From the NCBI RefSeq assembly GCF_016592615.1, contig NZ_AP013043.1:510001-542000 (forward strand): DNA of 32,000 bases. Direction: 5' to 3'. The number at the start of each line of letters is the position of its first letter. Positions within the stretch are counted from its first letter, which is position 1. The position numbers were made by a program, and so were the translations under genes. Shown here piece by piece: positions 9,401 to 18,777 of the stretch. The stretch is from Isorropodon fossajaponicum endosymbiont JTNG4. Lineage in GTDB: Bacteria; Pseudomonadota; Gammaproteobacteria; PS1; Pseudothioglobaceae. The notes under the pieces were generated by a model, which saw nothing but the letters and a program-made list of their open reading frames with translations, was not told the origin of the DNA and searched no databases.

Positions 9401-10702
9401 ATGAGTAAATTTATTGCAAAGCCAGTCAACTCATTGTCTGGTTGTTTAAAAGTTCCTGGCGATAAATCAATTTCCCATCGAAGCATTATGCTAGGCGCCT
9501 TGGCTAATGGCATTACTAAAATCAGTGGTTTTTTAGAAGGGGAAGATGCGTTATCAACGTTAAAAGCCTTTCAAGCCATGGGGGTTAAAATTGAGCGTAA
9601 TGGTGATAAGGTTACTATTTATGGTGTGGGGCTTAATGGGTTAAAAAAACCTTTAACACCACTTGATTTAGGTAATTCTGGCACTTCCATTCGTTTAATA
9701 TCTGGCATATTGGCAGCGCAAGCATTTGATAGTGAATTGTGTGGCGATGAGTCACTATCAAAACGTCCGATGGGTAGGGTTATTAATCCTTTAACCAAAA
9801 TGGGTGCGGTGATTGAAAGTAATGATGGCAAATTACCACTTAAAATTAAAGGCGGACAGGCACTAAAAGGCATTCATTATGATTTGCCAGTAGCTTCAGC
9901 GCAAGTGAAATCTTGTGTGCTTTTAGCGGGTTTATATGCACAAGGTGAAACCTGCATTAAAGAGCCAGCACCCACACGAGACCACACTGAACGCATGTTA
10001 AAAGGCTTGGGTTACAAGGTAGATGTTAATAAAAACAAAATATGTTTAACAGGCGGTGCCCAGCTAAACGCTTTTGCAATACAAGTGCCAAGCGATATAT
10101 CTTCAGCTGCATTTTTTATGGTAGCAGCATCAATTGCACCAAAAGCAGACATAATCCTTACTGGTGTTAATATCAACCCAACACGAACAGGTGTTATTGA
10201 TATTTTGAAGTTGATGGGCGCTAATTTAAGCTTATCAAATGAGCGTAAGATCGGCGGAGAACTGTTAGCCGATATCCGTATTCAATCAGCGCAACTAAAA
10301 GGTATTTGCATTCCTGAGGAGTTAGTGCCATTAGCCATTGATGAACTCCCTGTTATTTTTATTGCAGCGAGCTGTGCTAAGGGTGAAACCATATTGACTG
10401 GTGCTAAAGAACTAAGGGTTAAGGAGTCTGACCGTATTCAAGTGATGGCAGATGGTTTAAGCATTCTTGGTATTGAAAACGAAGTGCTTGAAGATGGCAT
10501 TAAGATTCAAGGCGGTGTTTTTTCAAAACCCAGCATTGCGATTAAATCTTACCATGACCACCGCATTTCTATGTCATTTGCCGTTGCCTCTCTAAGATGT
10601 CAGTACACTATTGAAATTGAAGGTGTGGATAATGTTAAAACTTCATTCCCCAATTTTGTTGAATTGGCTAATTTTTCGGGCATGAATATTGTAGAAATTT
10701 AG
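9401..10702 (+). CDS. aroA: 3-phosphoshikimate 1-carboxyvinyltransferase (EPSP synthase)
   Basis: LKVPGDKSISHRSIMLGALA and LGNSGTSIRL motifs, 433 aa. Confidence 0.92.
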   Translation: MSKFIAKPVNSLSGCLKVPGDKSISHRSIMLGALANGITKISGFLEGEDALSTLKAFQAMGVKIERNGDKVTIYGVGLNGLKKPLTPLDLGNSGTSIRLISGILAAQAFDSELCGDESLSKRPMGRVINPLTKMGAVIESNDGKLPLKIKGGQALKGIHYDLPVASAQVKSCVLLAGLYAQGETCIKEPAPTRDHTERMLKGLGYKVDVNKNKICLTGGAQLNAFAIQVPSDISSAAFFMVAASIAPKADIILTGVNINPTRTGVIDILKLMGANLSLSNERKIGGELLADIRIQSAQLKGICIPEELVPLAIDELPVIFIAASCAKGETILTGAKELRVKESDRIQVMADGLSILGIENEVLEDGIKIQGGVFSKPSIAIKSYHDHRISMSFAVASLRCQYTIEIEGVDNVKTSFPNFVELANFSGMNIVEI

Positions 10703-10706
10703 TTAT

Positions 10707-10735
10707 AAAAAAAGACGCTTGTTTAAGCGTTTTTT
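10707..10735. terminator. Bidirectional intrinsic terminator between convergent aroA and the dsrC/tusE-like gene
   Basis: aaaaaaagACGCTTgtttAAGCGTttttt: a stem flanked by an A-run and a T-run. Confidence 0.6.
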
Positions 10736-10754
10736 AACAAAGAAAGGTTAAAGT

Positions 10755-11096
10755 TTAGTAACCACCTTTGCGTTTCGTTTCAGGCAATCCAGCAATTTTA
10801 CCCGCCTGCTTGGCAGGGCCTTTTGGAAATAATGCATATAACTCTTTGGTGCTTAACTTACCTTCCCAATCATCTTTTAAGCCTTTAACCATGTTGCGTT
10901 CGTTAGGTTGGTTGGCGTTGTTATTGATGTATTCACCACGTAAAAAATTAATTAATTTGAAGCTGTCATCTGTTAAGTTAACACCTTCTTCTTCTGCTAA
11001 CTCACGAGCAACGTCTTCATTCCACTCATTAAGATCTTTTAGATAACCATGATCATCTCTTTCTAAATCAGCTAATACCATTTCTTTCTCCATCAA
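10755..11096 (-). CDS. DsrC/TusE-family protein lacking the conserved C-terminal cysteines
   Basis: ...LFPKGPAKQAGKIAGLPETKRKGGY matches the TusE/DsrC tail (LFPKGPAKQA.KIAGLPKP..C.). Gly replaces the upstream Cys and there is no penultimate Cys. Confidence 0.8.
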   Translation of the reverse strand: MMEKEMVLADLERDDHGYLKDLNEWNEDVARELAEEEGVNLTDDSFKLINFLRGEYINNNANQPNERNMVKGLKDDWEGKLSTKELYALFPKGPAKQAGKIAGLPETKRKGGY

Positions 11097-11098
11097 TT

Positions 11099-11130
11099 AA
11101 AAAGTAATTATTATATAATAATTACTTTTT
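11099..11130. promoter_or_regulatory. Perfect 32-bp palindrome in the divergent dsrC-like / lepB promoter region
   Basis: aaaaagtaattattatataataattacttttt equals its own reverse complement. It contains TATAAT-like hexamers on both strands. Confidence 0.6.
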
Positions 11131-11149
11131 GAATTCGCTTATTTTTATT

Positions 11150-12034
11150 ATGACAATTGAAAACGCTTCACCTTTTTTTGCATGGGATGTTTCTTCATTC
11201 TTGGCTTTATTTCTAGTATTGGCTTTTGTTATTGTGACTATTGATCAATTATTTTTTAATCACACGCAAATGCCAGTTACAGATAAAGCGCAAAAACCAA
11301 TCTTAGGGAGGTTTATTTATTTTGCTTTATTTTTACGTTTTAATAAATCTGAAAAATATTTAAATCGTCCTAAAATAGTACAGTGGTCAGCTGAATTTTT
11401 CCCAGTATTGTTATTGGTATTTGCACTTCGAGGTTTTGTTATTGAGCCTTTTAGAATTCCTTCAAATTCAATGATGCCAACTTTATTAACAGGCGATTTT
11501 ATTTTGGTATCAAAGTTTGATTATGGCGTTAGTATCCCAATTTTAAATAAAAAAATAATCGAGTTTTCAAAGCCTGAAAGAGGTGATGTTGTTGTATTTA
11601 GGTATCCTAATTATGAAAAAAAATCAAAATATCAGGGCGCTGATTTTATTAAGCGAGTCATTGGCATTCCGGGTGATAAGATAATTTACCGTGCAGATAG
11701 CTTATATGTGAATGGTGTAAAAATTGACAATAAAAATATTGGTACATACCAAGGTGTTGAGTCGGGTTCAGCCATGACGGGCTTTAAGCATAAGCGTGAA
11801 TTATTAGACAACAATCCGCATAATATTTTGCTAGACCCAAATCACCCCTCTAAAGGGGTTAAACTGACTGTGCCAGAAGGACATTACTTTGTTATGGGTG
11901 ATAATCGTGCTCGTAGTAGTGATTCTCGTTTTTGGGGTTTTGTACCAGAATCATACATTATTGGCAAAGCGTTTGGTATTTGGATGCACTGGGATGAATC
12001 TTTAAAGCTTGATAGAATCGGTGGTTTTGATTAG
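11150..12034 (+). CDS. lepB: Signal peptidase I
   Basis: IPSNSMMPTL (catalytic Ser box), GDNRARSSDSRFWGFVP. An ATG at 11150 is preferred over the TTG at 11129, which lies inside the palindrome. Confidence 0.88.
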   Translation: MTIENASPFFAWDVSSFLALFLVLAFVIVTIDQLFFNHTQMPVTDKAQKPILGRFIYFALFLRFNKSEKYLNRPKIVQWSAEFFPVLLLVFALRGFVIEPFRIPSNSMMPTLLTGDFILVSKFDYGVSIPILNKKIIEFSKPERGDVVVFRYPNYEKKSKYQGADFIKRVIGIPGDKIIYRADSLYVNGVKIDNKNIGTYQGVESGSAMTGFKHKRELLDNNPHNILLDPNHPSKGVKLTVPEGHYFVMGDNRARSSDSRFWGFVPESYIIGKAFGIWMHWDESLKLDRIGGFD

Positions 12035-12879
12035 TTAATGTGATTTAGAATATTATCCAATTCATCTATTGATTGATAGTGAATAATAATTTTTCCTTGA
12101 TTGCCATTTGATTTAATTTCAGTTTTTGAAGCCAGCTTTTTACTTAAAGTTTGCATTAGTTCTAAAATACGCGGATCAATTGAGGTTGATTTTTTAGGTG
12201 TTGGATTTAGCACTTTTTTGACCAATTCTTCAGTTTGACGAACAGATAAAGATTTTTTAATAACCTGATTGGCCACATCAAGTTGCTGCTCTTCTGTCAG
12301 TGATAAAAGCGCTCGTGCATGGCCCATTTCTATATCACCACTGCTAAGCAGTTGTTTAACAGCATTGTTAAGCTGTAATAGGCGAATTAAATTACTTACT
12401 GTAGAGCGGGAACGACCAACGACATTGGAAATTTCTTCATGGGTCATTTTGAAATCTTCAATGAGTTGTTGTAGTGCTTTCGCTTCTTCAAGTGGCGTTA
12501 AGGATTCGCGTTGAATATTTTCAATCAGACCAATAGCAAGTGCCACTTGATCATCAATTTTACGGATGATAACGGGCACTTCATTTAAACCAGCAATTTT
12601 TGCCGCTCGCCAACGCCGCTCGCCAGCAATGATTTCATATTTATCATAGCTTACTTTGCGTACAACCAATGGCTGAATGACGCCTTGTGAAGTAATAGAA
12701 CTGACCAATTCATTTAGCGTGTTGGGATCAATGTCGTCTCTAGGCTGGAACTTTCCTCGTTGCAACCAACCAACACTTAACATTGTTAAGTTGTTTTCGG
12801 AATCAGCTTGTTCGCTTGTAGAAGGCACTTGTCCTAATAATATATCCAATCCACGTCCTAGTTTTGAAATTTTTGCCAT
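12031..12879 (-). CDS. parB: Chromosome partitioning protein ParB
   Basis: IQPLVVRK...YEIIAGERRWRAAKIAGL ParB box plus an HTH region. Confidence 0.9.
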   Translation of the reverse strand: MAKISKLGRGLDILLGQVPSTSEQADSENNLTMLSVGWLQRGKFQPRDDIDPNTLNELVSSITSQGVIQPLVVRKVSYDKYEIIAGERRWRAAKIAGLNEVPVIIRKIDDQVALAIGLIENIQRESLTPLEEAKALQQLIEDFKMTHEEISNVVGRSRSTVSNLIRLLQLNNAVKQLLSSGDIEMGHARALLSLTEEQQLDVANQVIKKSLSVRQTEELVKKVLNPTPKKSTSIDPRILELMQTLSKKLASKTEIKSNGNQGKIIIHYQSIDELDNILNHIN

Positions 12880-12880
12880 A

Positions 12881-13651
12881 TTAATTAATTAACGTTTTCC
12901 TCAGCACTTCACTGGCTAAGGAGATATAAGAAATTGCCCCTTTGGATAATCTTGCATAGCTAATCACATCCTGTCCAAAACTCGGCGCTTCTGCTAATTT
13001 TACATTTCTAGGGATGATTGTTTTAAAGACTTTGTGTGAAAAATACTGAAGTAGCTGAATAGACACTTCATTAGATAAGTTATTCCTTGTGTCAAACATT
13101 GTGCGTATTAAACCTGTAATCTCTAAGTTAGGATTGGTGGTTGATTTAATTTTATCAATCGTTTGTATCAATGCACTCAGGCCTTCTAACGCGTAGTATT
13201 CACACTGCATTGGGATAATAATACCATCTGATGCGGTAAAAGCATTAATGGTTAGCATGTTAAGCGAGGGTGGGCAGTCAATAATGATATAGTCGTACTT
13301 AGCACTAATTTTAGCAATTGCTTTTTTGAGTTTATATTCAGAATTATCCTCACGCAATAAGACAATTTCAGCGGCAACAAGGTTAGTATTAGAGCCCAGT
13401 ACGTCTATACCAGATTCATCAACATGGGTAATGGCCTTGTCGACACTGCACTCGTCTAATAGCAACTCGCAAATAGAATAATTAAGGTTGTATTTATCAA
13501 CACCACAGCCCATCGTTGCATTGCCTTGGGGGTCAATATCAATAAGTAATACACGCTTTTTAATGGCTTTTAATGCTGCACTTAAATTAACAGCTGTTGT
13601 TGTCTTGCCAACACCGCCTTTTTGGTTTGCAATAGAAAGTGTAATTGCCAT
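12881..13651 (-). CDS. parA: Chromosome partitioning ATPase ParA/Soj
   Basis: Deviant Walker A IANQKGGVGKTTTAVNL, 256 aa, immediately upstream of parB. Confidence 0.9.
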   Translation of the reverse strand: MAITLSIANQKGGVGKTTTAVNLSAALKAIKKRVLLIDIDPQGNATMGCGVDKYNLNYSICELLLDECSVDKAITHVDESGIDVLGSNTNLVAAEIVLLREDNSEYKLKKAIAKISAKYDYIIIDCPPSLNMLTINAFTASDGIIIPMQCEYYALEGLSALIQTIDKIKSTTNPNLEITGLIRTMFDTRNNLSNEVSIQLLQYFSHKVFKTIIPRNVKLAEAPSFGQDVISYARLSKGAISYISLASEVLRKTLIN

Positions 13652-14970
13652 TATTGATTGCTTAAAACTGTTAAAGCTTTTAATAAATTCGTAGCTTCGT
13701 GCACAAAATAATCTTTTTTCAATTTTTCAATGGTTGTTTTGTTTTGTTTCTTTTTGTTCTTTTCTTGGGTGCTTAATATTTCTTCAGAAGGGTCTTCCAC
13801 CTCTAAGTGGCCATCAAGGTCTTTTTCCTTGGTCTCAATCACTGATTTTTCTGCTTCATTTTCTAGGCTAATGTTTTTTAGTTCAATGTCAGGCACAATA
13901 CCTTTGGCTTGAATAGAGCGCCCATTTGGTGTGTAATATCTGGCAGTTGTCAGTTTAAGTCCATAGCCTTTTTGAAGCTCAAGAATGGTTTGTACCGAGC
14001 CTTTTCCAAACGAAGTACTGCCCATAATAATGGCGCGTTTATGGTCTTGCAATGCACCTGCAACAATTTCTGATGCAGAAGCTGAGCCTTCATTGATTAG
14101 CACAACAATAGGCAATCCTTGCATGATGTCACCTGATTTTATTTTGAATTTAAGGTTTGAGCTTGGAATTCTGCCCTTGGTGTAAACCACCAGTCCTTTC
14201 TTATCAAGAAATAAATTTGATACATCAACTGCACCATTCAAAACACCGCCTGGATTGTTTCTTAAGTCAAGAATTAATGAGTTAAGTTGGACATTGTTTT
14301 CTTCAACCAAGTCATTAAAAGTCTGTTTGAGTAGTTTCGCTGTTGGATTTTGAAAACTAGAGATGCGTATATAGCCAATATTTTTTTCCAATAAATAGCC
14401 TTTAACCGAGATAATGGTAATAATTTCTCTAGTAATGTTAACAATAAATGGTTTCTTATTTTTGCGAACAATGGTAATTCGAATGTCAGTACCCGCTTTG
14501 CCACGCATTAACTCAACACCATCCTCCAAAGTCATGCCACGTACTGGCTTATCACCAATTTTCACAATTAAATCGCCCGCTTGGATGCCGGCTCTATAAG
14601 CAGGTGTATCGTCAATAGGAGAAATTACTTGAATGGCTTCGTCTTTCATGCCAATAACAATACCAAGACCGCCAAATTTTCCCGAGGCACTTTCGAGTAG
14701 GTTTTTTTGCTCTTTAGGTTCAAGATAGCCTGAATGCGGGTCTAACCCACTAACCATACCTTTTATAGCATGGTTAAATAGTTTTTTATTATCAACATCA
14801 TCAACGTACAGCTGTTTAATATTGTTAAAAACAGCTGTAAACGTTTCAAGGTCTTTGAAAAAGGCTTCTATTTTTTGTTTTTCAGCATCGCTTTTAGCTA
14901 ATACGGGTGTATAAATGCCAAAAAGTGTATAAAAAAGCGTTAAAAATAGTGAATATTTAAAAAAGTTCAT
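13651..14970 (-). CDS. ctpA: Carboxy-terminal processing protease (S41 family)
   Basis: Signal peptide, PDZ segment (AGIQAGDLIVKIGDKPV), and a catalytic region GSASASEI...FGKGSVQT. Confidence 0.85.
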   Translation of the reverse strand: MNFFKYSLFLTLFYTLFGIYTPVLAKSDAEKQKIEAFFKDLETFTAVFNNIKQLYVDDVDNKKLFNHAIKGMVSGLDPHSGYLEPKEQKNLLESASGKFGGLGIVIGMKDEAIQVISPIDDTPAYRAGIQAGDLIVKIGDKPVRGMTLEDGVELMRGKAGTDIRITIVRKNKKPFIVNITREIITIISVKGYLLEKNIGYIRISSFQNPTAKLLKQTFNDLVEENNVQLNSLILDLRNNPGGVLNGAVDVSNLFLDKKGLVVYTKGRIPSSNLKFKIKSGDIMQGLPIVVLINEGSASASEIVAGALQDHKRAIIMGSTSFGKGSVQTILELQKGYGLKLTTARYYTPNGRSIQAKGIVPDIELKNISLENEAEKSVIETKEKDLDGHLEVEDPSEEILSTQEKNKKKQNKTTIEKLKKDYFVHEATNLLKALTVLSNQ

Positions 14971-15072
14971 AATATAATCATTTGCTTATAGAAAGTTTAA
15001 ATATAATAACTGTGAAACCAATATTATTATTTTTAATTTTACTTGGTTTTGTTTTTTAAAAATGGAGAAAAA

Positions 15073-15654
15073 ATGAGAAGATTAAATGTAATTTTGTTGG
15101 CTTTAATGATGTTTGCCTCATTAGGTACTTTTGCGGAGAAGGTAGCACAAGACAATGGCCCAGTTCAGGCAATACAAACAGCAATTGTAAAGCTTAATCA
15201 GTTAACAACCATGGCATATTCGCCAAAAATGCTTAATTTTTTCGTCGAAAAAGAAATTGCACCACTGTTTGACTTTAACCACATTGCCAGTGAAGTTTTA
15301 CTGGTGATCAATAATCGCTTGGGCGAAGAAGAGACCAGGTTTTTTGTCAATAGGCTGAAAAACAATATGATGACAACCTTATTGGCAAGATTATCCCAAG
15401 TAAATTCTACCTCGTTTCAATTTATATCTGCTAGACCAATGATGGATGGTTCAATTGCAGTACAACTTAAGGTTAATAGATATACTTCATTTGGTGGTAT
15501 TTATCTTGATTTGTTATTCCATCAAAACGAGAATAAACAGTGGCAGGTTTTTGATATTGTGCTTAATAATGACAGTCTGATTAACTATTACCAAAAGATG
15601 GTATTAATCAAAGTTAGGCGATATGGCATTTATGGCATGTTGGGCAGACTTTAA
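15073..15654 (+). CDS. Periplasmic MlaC/Ttg2D-like lipid-binding protein (tentative)
   Basis: Signal peptide MRRLNVILLALMMFASLGTFA, then a ...PLFDFNHIASEVL...FFVNRLKNNMMTTLLARL pattern resembling the MlaC family. GGAG lies upstream of the ATG at 15073. Confidence 0.5.
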   Translation: MRRLNVILLALMMFASLGTFAEKVAQDNGPVQAIQTAIVKLNQLTTMAYSPKMLNFFVEKEIAPLFDFNHIASEVLLVINNRLGEEETRFFVNRLKNNMMTTLLARLSQVNSTSFQFISARPMMDGSIAVQLKVNRYTSFGGIYLDLLFHQNENKQWQVFDIVLNNDSLINYYQKMVLIKVRRYGIYGMLGRL

Positions 15655-15682
15655 TTAATTTTAAAGAAATAGAGGATTCATT

Positions 15683-15988
15683 ATGAGCGAAATAACATTA
15701 TTAGAAAAAGAAGAAGACATTGAAAAAGCAACAAGAGCTTTAAAAGCAATGGCACATCCACTGCGTTTAAAGATTTTATGCGCACTAAAAAATGACGAAT
15801 TACCTGTATTAGAAATTGTAAAAAAAGTGGGCTCTTCACAATCTAATATTTCACAACATATTGACATTCTTAGAACTAAAAATATTGTCGAATCTCGGCG
15901 TGATGGCAATAAAGTACTCTGTAAGGTTAAAGATGCCAAGGTTTTAAAATTAGTATCTAATATACAGGCAGTGTTCTGCTCTGAATAA
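15683..15988 (+). CDS. ArsR/SmtB-family transcriptional regulator
   Basis: LKAMAHPLRLKILCAL...LPVLEIVKKVGSSQSNISQHIDILRTKNIV winged-HTH signature. Confidence 0.8.
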   Translation: MSEITLLEKEEDIEKATRALKAMAHPLRLKILCALKNDELPVLEIVKKVGSSQSNISQHIDILRTKNIVESRRDGNKVLCKVKDAKVLKLVSNIQAVFCSE

Positions 15989-16014
15989 GATTAATTTTAA
16001 CAATTTTTGTCTAT

Positions 16015-16091
16015 GCGCTCGTAGCTCAGTTGGATAGAGTGTTAGCCTCCGAAGCTAAATGTCGGGTGTTCGAGTCACCTCGAGCGCACCA
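16015..16091 (+). tRNA. tRNA-Arg (anticodon CCG)
   Basis: Hand-folded cloverleaf: acceptor GCGCTCG/CGAGCGC, D-arm GCTC/GAGT, anticodon stem TTAGC/GCTAA with loop CT-CCG-AA, T-arm GGGTG-TTCGAGT-CACCT, and an encoded ACCA tail. Confidence 0.9.
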
Positions 16092-16106
16092 TTAGGAATA
16101 CTAAGC

Positions 16107-16886
16107 ATGACTTACCCAACCATTAATCCAATTGCAATAGATTTAGGCTTTGTACAAATCTATTGGTATGGGTTGATGTATTTGATGGCTTTCTTAGCGG
16201 CTTATTTGTTGGCAAATTATCGTGCTAAGCAACTTAACAGCTGGAATGCACAACAAATTGAAGATTTAATTTTTTATGGTGCAATTGGTGTGGTTGCTGG
16301 TGGTCGTTTGGGCTACATGTTGTTTTACAATTTGCCAAATTTTTTATCCGATCCTTTGTTAATTTTCGCTATTCAAGATGGCGGTATGTCATTTCACGGT
16401 GGTTTTTTAGGCGTATTGTTGGCAATGGTTTTATTTAATCGAAAATATAACAAAACTTTTTTTACCACAATGGATTTTGTTGCACCACTTGTGCCATTAG
16501 GATTGGGTTTTGGCAGAATGGGTAATTTTATTAACATTGAACTTTGGGGCAAAATAACCACCAGTCCATTTGGCATGTACATTGAACAACAAGGTGTGAG
16601 CCGATATCCATCACAATTATTTGAAGCATTTTTAGAAGGTTTAATTTTATTTATTATTCTTTGGGTGTTTAGTAACAAATTGCGCCCATCCATGTCAATT
16701 TCAGCATTATTTTTGATTTTCTATGGTTTGTTTAGATTTATAATTGAGTTTGTTCGAGTGCCAGATGTGCAATTGGGTTATTTGGCTTTTGGTTGGCTTA
16801 CCATGGGGCAATTATTAAGCCTACCAATGGTAGTACTTGGTATTGTGCTATTGCGAAAAGCATATCTTAACAAGGAAACAATGTGA
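16107..16886 (+). CDS. lgt: Prolipoprotein diacylglyceryl transferase
   Basis: [25 protein letters not shown]... and [15 protein letters not shown] motifs. The ATG at 16107 avoids overlapping the tRNA. Confidence 0.9.
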   Translation: MTYPTINPIAIDLGFVQIYWYGLMYLMAFLAAYLLANYRAKQLNSWNAQQIEDLIFYGAIGVVAGGRLGYMLFYNLPNFLSDPLLIFAIQDGGMSFHGGFLGVLLAMVLFNRKYNKTFFTTMDFVAPLVPLGLGFGRMGNFINIELWGKITTSPFGMYIEQQGVSRYPSQLFEAFLEGLILFIILWVFSNKLRPSMSISALFLIFYGLFRFIIEFVRVPDVQLGYLAFGWLTMGQLLSLPMVVLGIVLLRKAYLNKETM

Positions 16887-17677
16887 AGCAATACTTAGAT
16901 TTTTTAAGGCTGGTTAAAAATACTGGCACCAACAAAACTGACAGAACAGGTACAGGAACAACCAGTTTGTTTGGACACCAAATGCGTTTTGATTTATCCA
17001 AAGGTTTTCCACTTGTAACCACCAAGCGCGTACATTTGCCTTCGGTTGTACACGAATTGTTGTGGTTTCTTAGTGGTGATACTAACATTAAATATTTACA
17101 AGAAAATGGCGTGCGAATTTGGAATGAATGGGCGGATAAGAATGGGGATTTGGGTCCAGTTTACGGTGCGCAGTGGCGTCATTGGCAAAATGCTAGAGGC
17201 GACAGTATTGACCAAATTACGCAAGTGGTAGCGCAAATCAAAAGCACGCCAGATTCTCGTAGAATTATTGTTTCAGCTTGGAATGTTGGTGAGTTGGAAA
17301 ATATGGCATTACCACCTTGCCATGCATTTTTCCAGTTTTACGTGGCTGATGGAAAGCTATCTTGCCAGTTGTACCAAAGAAGTGCAGATATTTTTCTTGG
17401 TGTGCCATTTAACATTGCTTCATATGCATTACTAACCCACATGATGGCGCAACAGTGTGATTTGGAAGTGGGTGATTTTATTTGGAGTGGCGGTGATTGC
17501 CATATTTATTCCAATCATACTAAACAAGTAGAAACACAATTGGCTCGCACCCCAAAAGCACTAGCAACACTTAAAATTAAGCGCAGGCCTAAGAGTATTT
17601 TTAATTACAGTTATGAAGATTTTGAATTTATAAATTATGTATTTGATGCGCCGATTAAGGCACCAGTTGCAATCTAA
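16883..17677 (+). CDS. thyA: Thymidylate synthase (ThyA type)
   Basis: MKQYLDFL...RTGTGT..., [12 protein letters not shown] active-site Cys. GTG start overlaps the lgt stop, and lgt-thyA synteny is conserved. Confidence 0.92.
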   Translation: MKQYLDFLRLVKNTGTNKTDRTGTGTTSLFGHQMRFDLSKGFPLVTTKRVHLPSVVHELLWFLSGDTNIKYLQENGVRIWNEWADKNGDLGPVYGAQWRHWQNARGDSIDQITQVVAQIKSTPDSRRIIVSAWNVGELENMALPPCHAFFQFYVADGKLSCQLYQRSADIFLGVPFNIASYALLTHMMAQQCDLEVGDFIWSGGDCHIYSNHTKQVETQLARTPKALATLKIKRRPKSIFNYSYEDFEFINYVFDAPIKAPVAI

Positions 17678-17678
17678 A

Positions 17679-18716
17679 TCATTTCCAAATATCTACTGTA
17701 ACACTAACACCTTGAGCGCGAAGCTTATCTGACTTATCTTCTAAATAACGCTGAAAGTTTGGCTGGTGTTTGTATTCTCCTGAAGTGACGTAAGTCATTA
17801 TGCCGTGAAAGTGATAGGCTTTAAAAAAAGCATCTTTTCTGATAATTTCTTTGCCTTGTTTGTCAAAAAACACAATGGCTGGCTTGTAAGTAAGTTTTAA
17901 ATCCTCATACCATTTCTTGGCAGTGGTTCGCTTGCCTGATGGGGTGATAATTTTAGTCTCTGATAGAACATTAAGCTGTACCACTTGCATGGTTTTTAGT
18001 AAGGCTTTGGTTTGTTTTAGCTGCATGAGCGTTTTATGAAAGGTGTTACATTCTTGACAATTAGGTTCTTCAAAAAAAACGGCCAAATAATTTTGCGCTG
18101 GCAAGGTTTTATTGCGAGATAGCATGTGTGGTGGTGTTCCGAATAATGAATTTTTATTAAGGCTACCTGTTTTATCTTTTTTAAGATTGTTGGTATAACT
18201 AGAAAAACTTTGATTTAAATATTTTTTGGTAGCAACATAGTCAAGTACTTTGTGCATTTTTTCAACCGATTGATAGCCATTAAGCCTAAGCACGCTATCA
18301 CCTTTTGAGTTTAAAAAGACAAGGGTAGGAGTGAATTGTACTTTCATCAAAGCTGAAAATTCTTTTTCTGTCAATTCTCTGCCCTGCCAGTCAGTCAAAT
18401 CTCTATCGCCCCACATATTTGTTTCAATAACGTCAAAATCTTTTTGTAGTTTGGCGACTAAAGAAGCATTGTGAAAATTATCTTCAACCAATTTGGCGCA
18501 ATAAGGGCAGCTATTTTGATGAAAGTAAATCATCACATGTTTGTTATTGTCTGTTGCCTCTTCTAAGTCTTCAGAAAAATCCATAAAAGAAGCTTTAAAC
18601 CAATTAGGCACCTCGTCAACGACTTTAGCACCTAAAAATTCACCTTCTTTCAAAGGTTCAATTGCAATAGATGAACATGAGACAAATAAAGAAAACAATA
18701 GTATTAAAGCACGCAC
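17679..18716 (-). CDS. Secreted thioredoxin-fold protein with two Trx-like modules (CPYC and CQEC motifs)
   Basis: Signal peptide MRALILLFSLFVSCSSIA. CxxC motifs at ...HQNSCPYCAKL... and ...EEPNCQECNTF..., each followed by Trx-like spacing. Confidence 0.65.
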   Translation of the reverse strand: MRALILLFSLFVSCSSIAIEPLKEGEFLGAKVVDEVPNWFKASFMDFSEDLEEATDNNKHVMIYFHQNSCPYCAKLVEDNFHNASLVAKLQKDFDVIETNMWGDRDLTDWQGRELTEKEFSALMKVQFTPTLVFLNSKGDSVLRLNGYQSVEKMHKVLDYVATKKYLNQSFSSYTNNLKKDKTGSLNKNSLFGTPPHMLSRNKTLPAQNYLAVFFEEPNCQECNTFHKTLMQLKQTKALLKTMQVVQLNVLSETKIITPSGKRTTAKKWYEDLKLTYKPAIVFFDKQGKEIIRKDAFFKAYHFHGIMTYVTSGEYKHQPNFQRYLEDKSDKLRAQGVSVTVDIWK

Positions 18717-18777
18717 AATTTATCCCTAGAAGTTGTTTAATGGTTTAATTGTAGTACCAAAATGTTTTTAGTGCAAG

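Noticed and set aside
10768-11046. 92-aa plus-strand ORF overlapping the dsrC-like gene
   Set aside because: The minus-strand frame carries the clear TusE/DsrC motif. The plus-strand frame is a low-complexity S/L-rich shadow.
16059-16106. N-terminal extension of the lgt ORF (MSGVRVTSSAPLGILS...)
   Set aside because: It overlaps the 3' half of tRNA-Arg. The canonical Lgt N-terminus MTYPTINP begins at the ATG at 16107.
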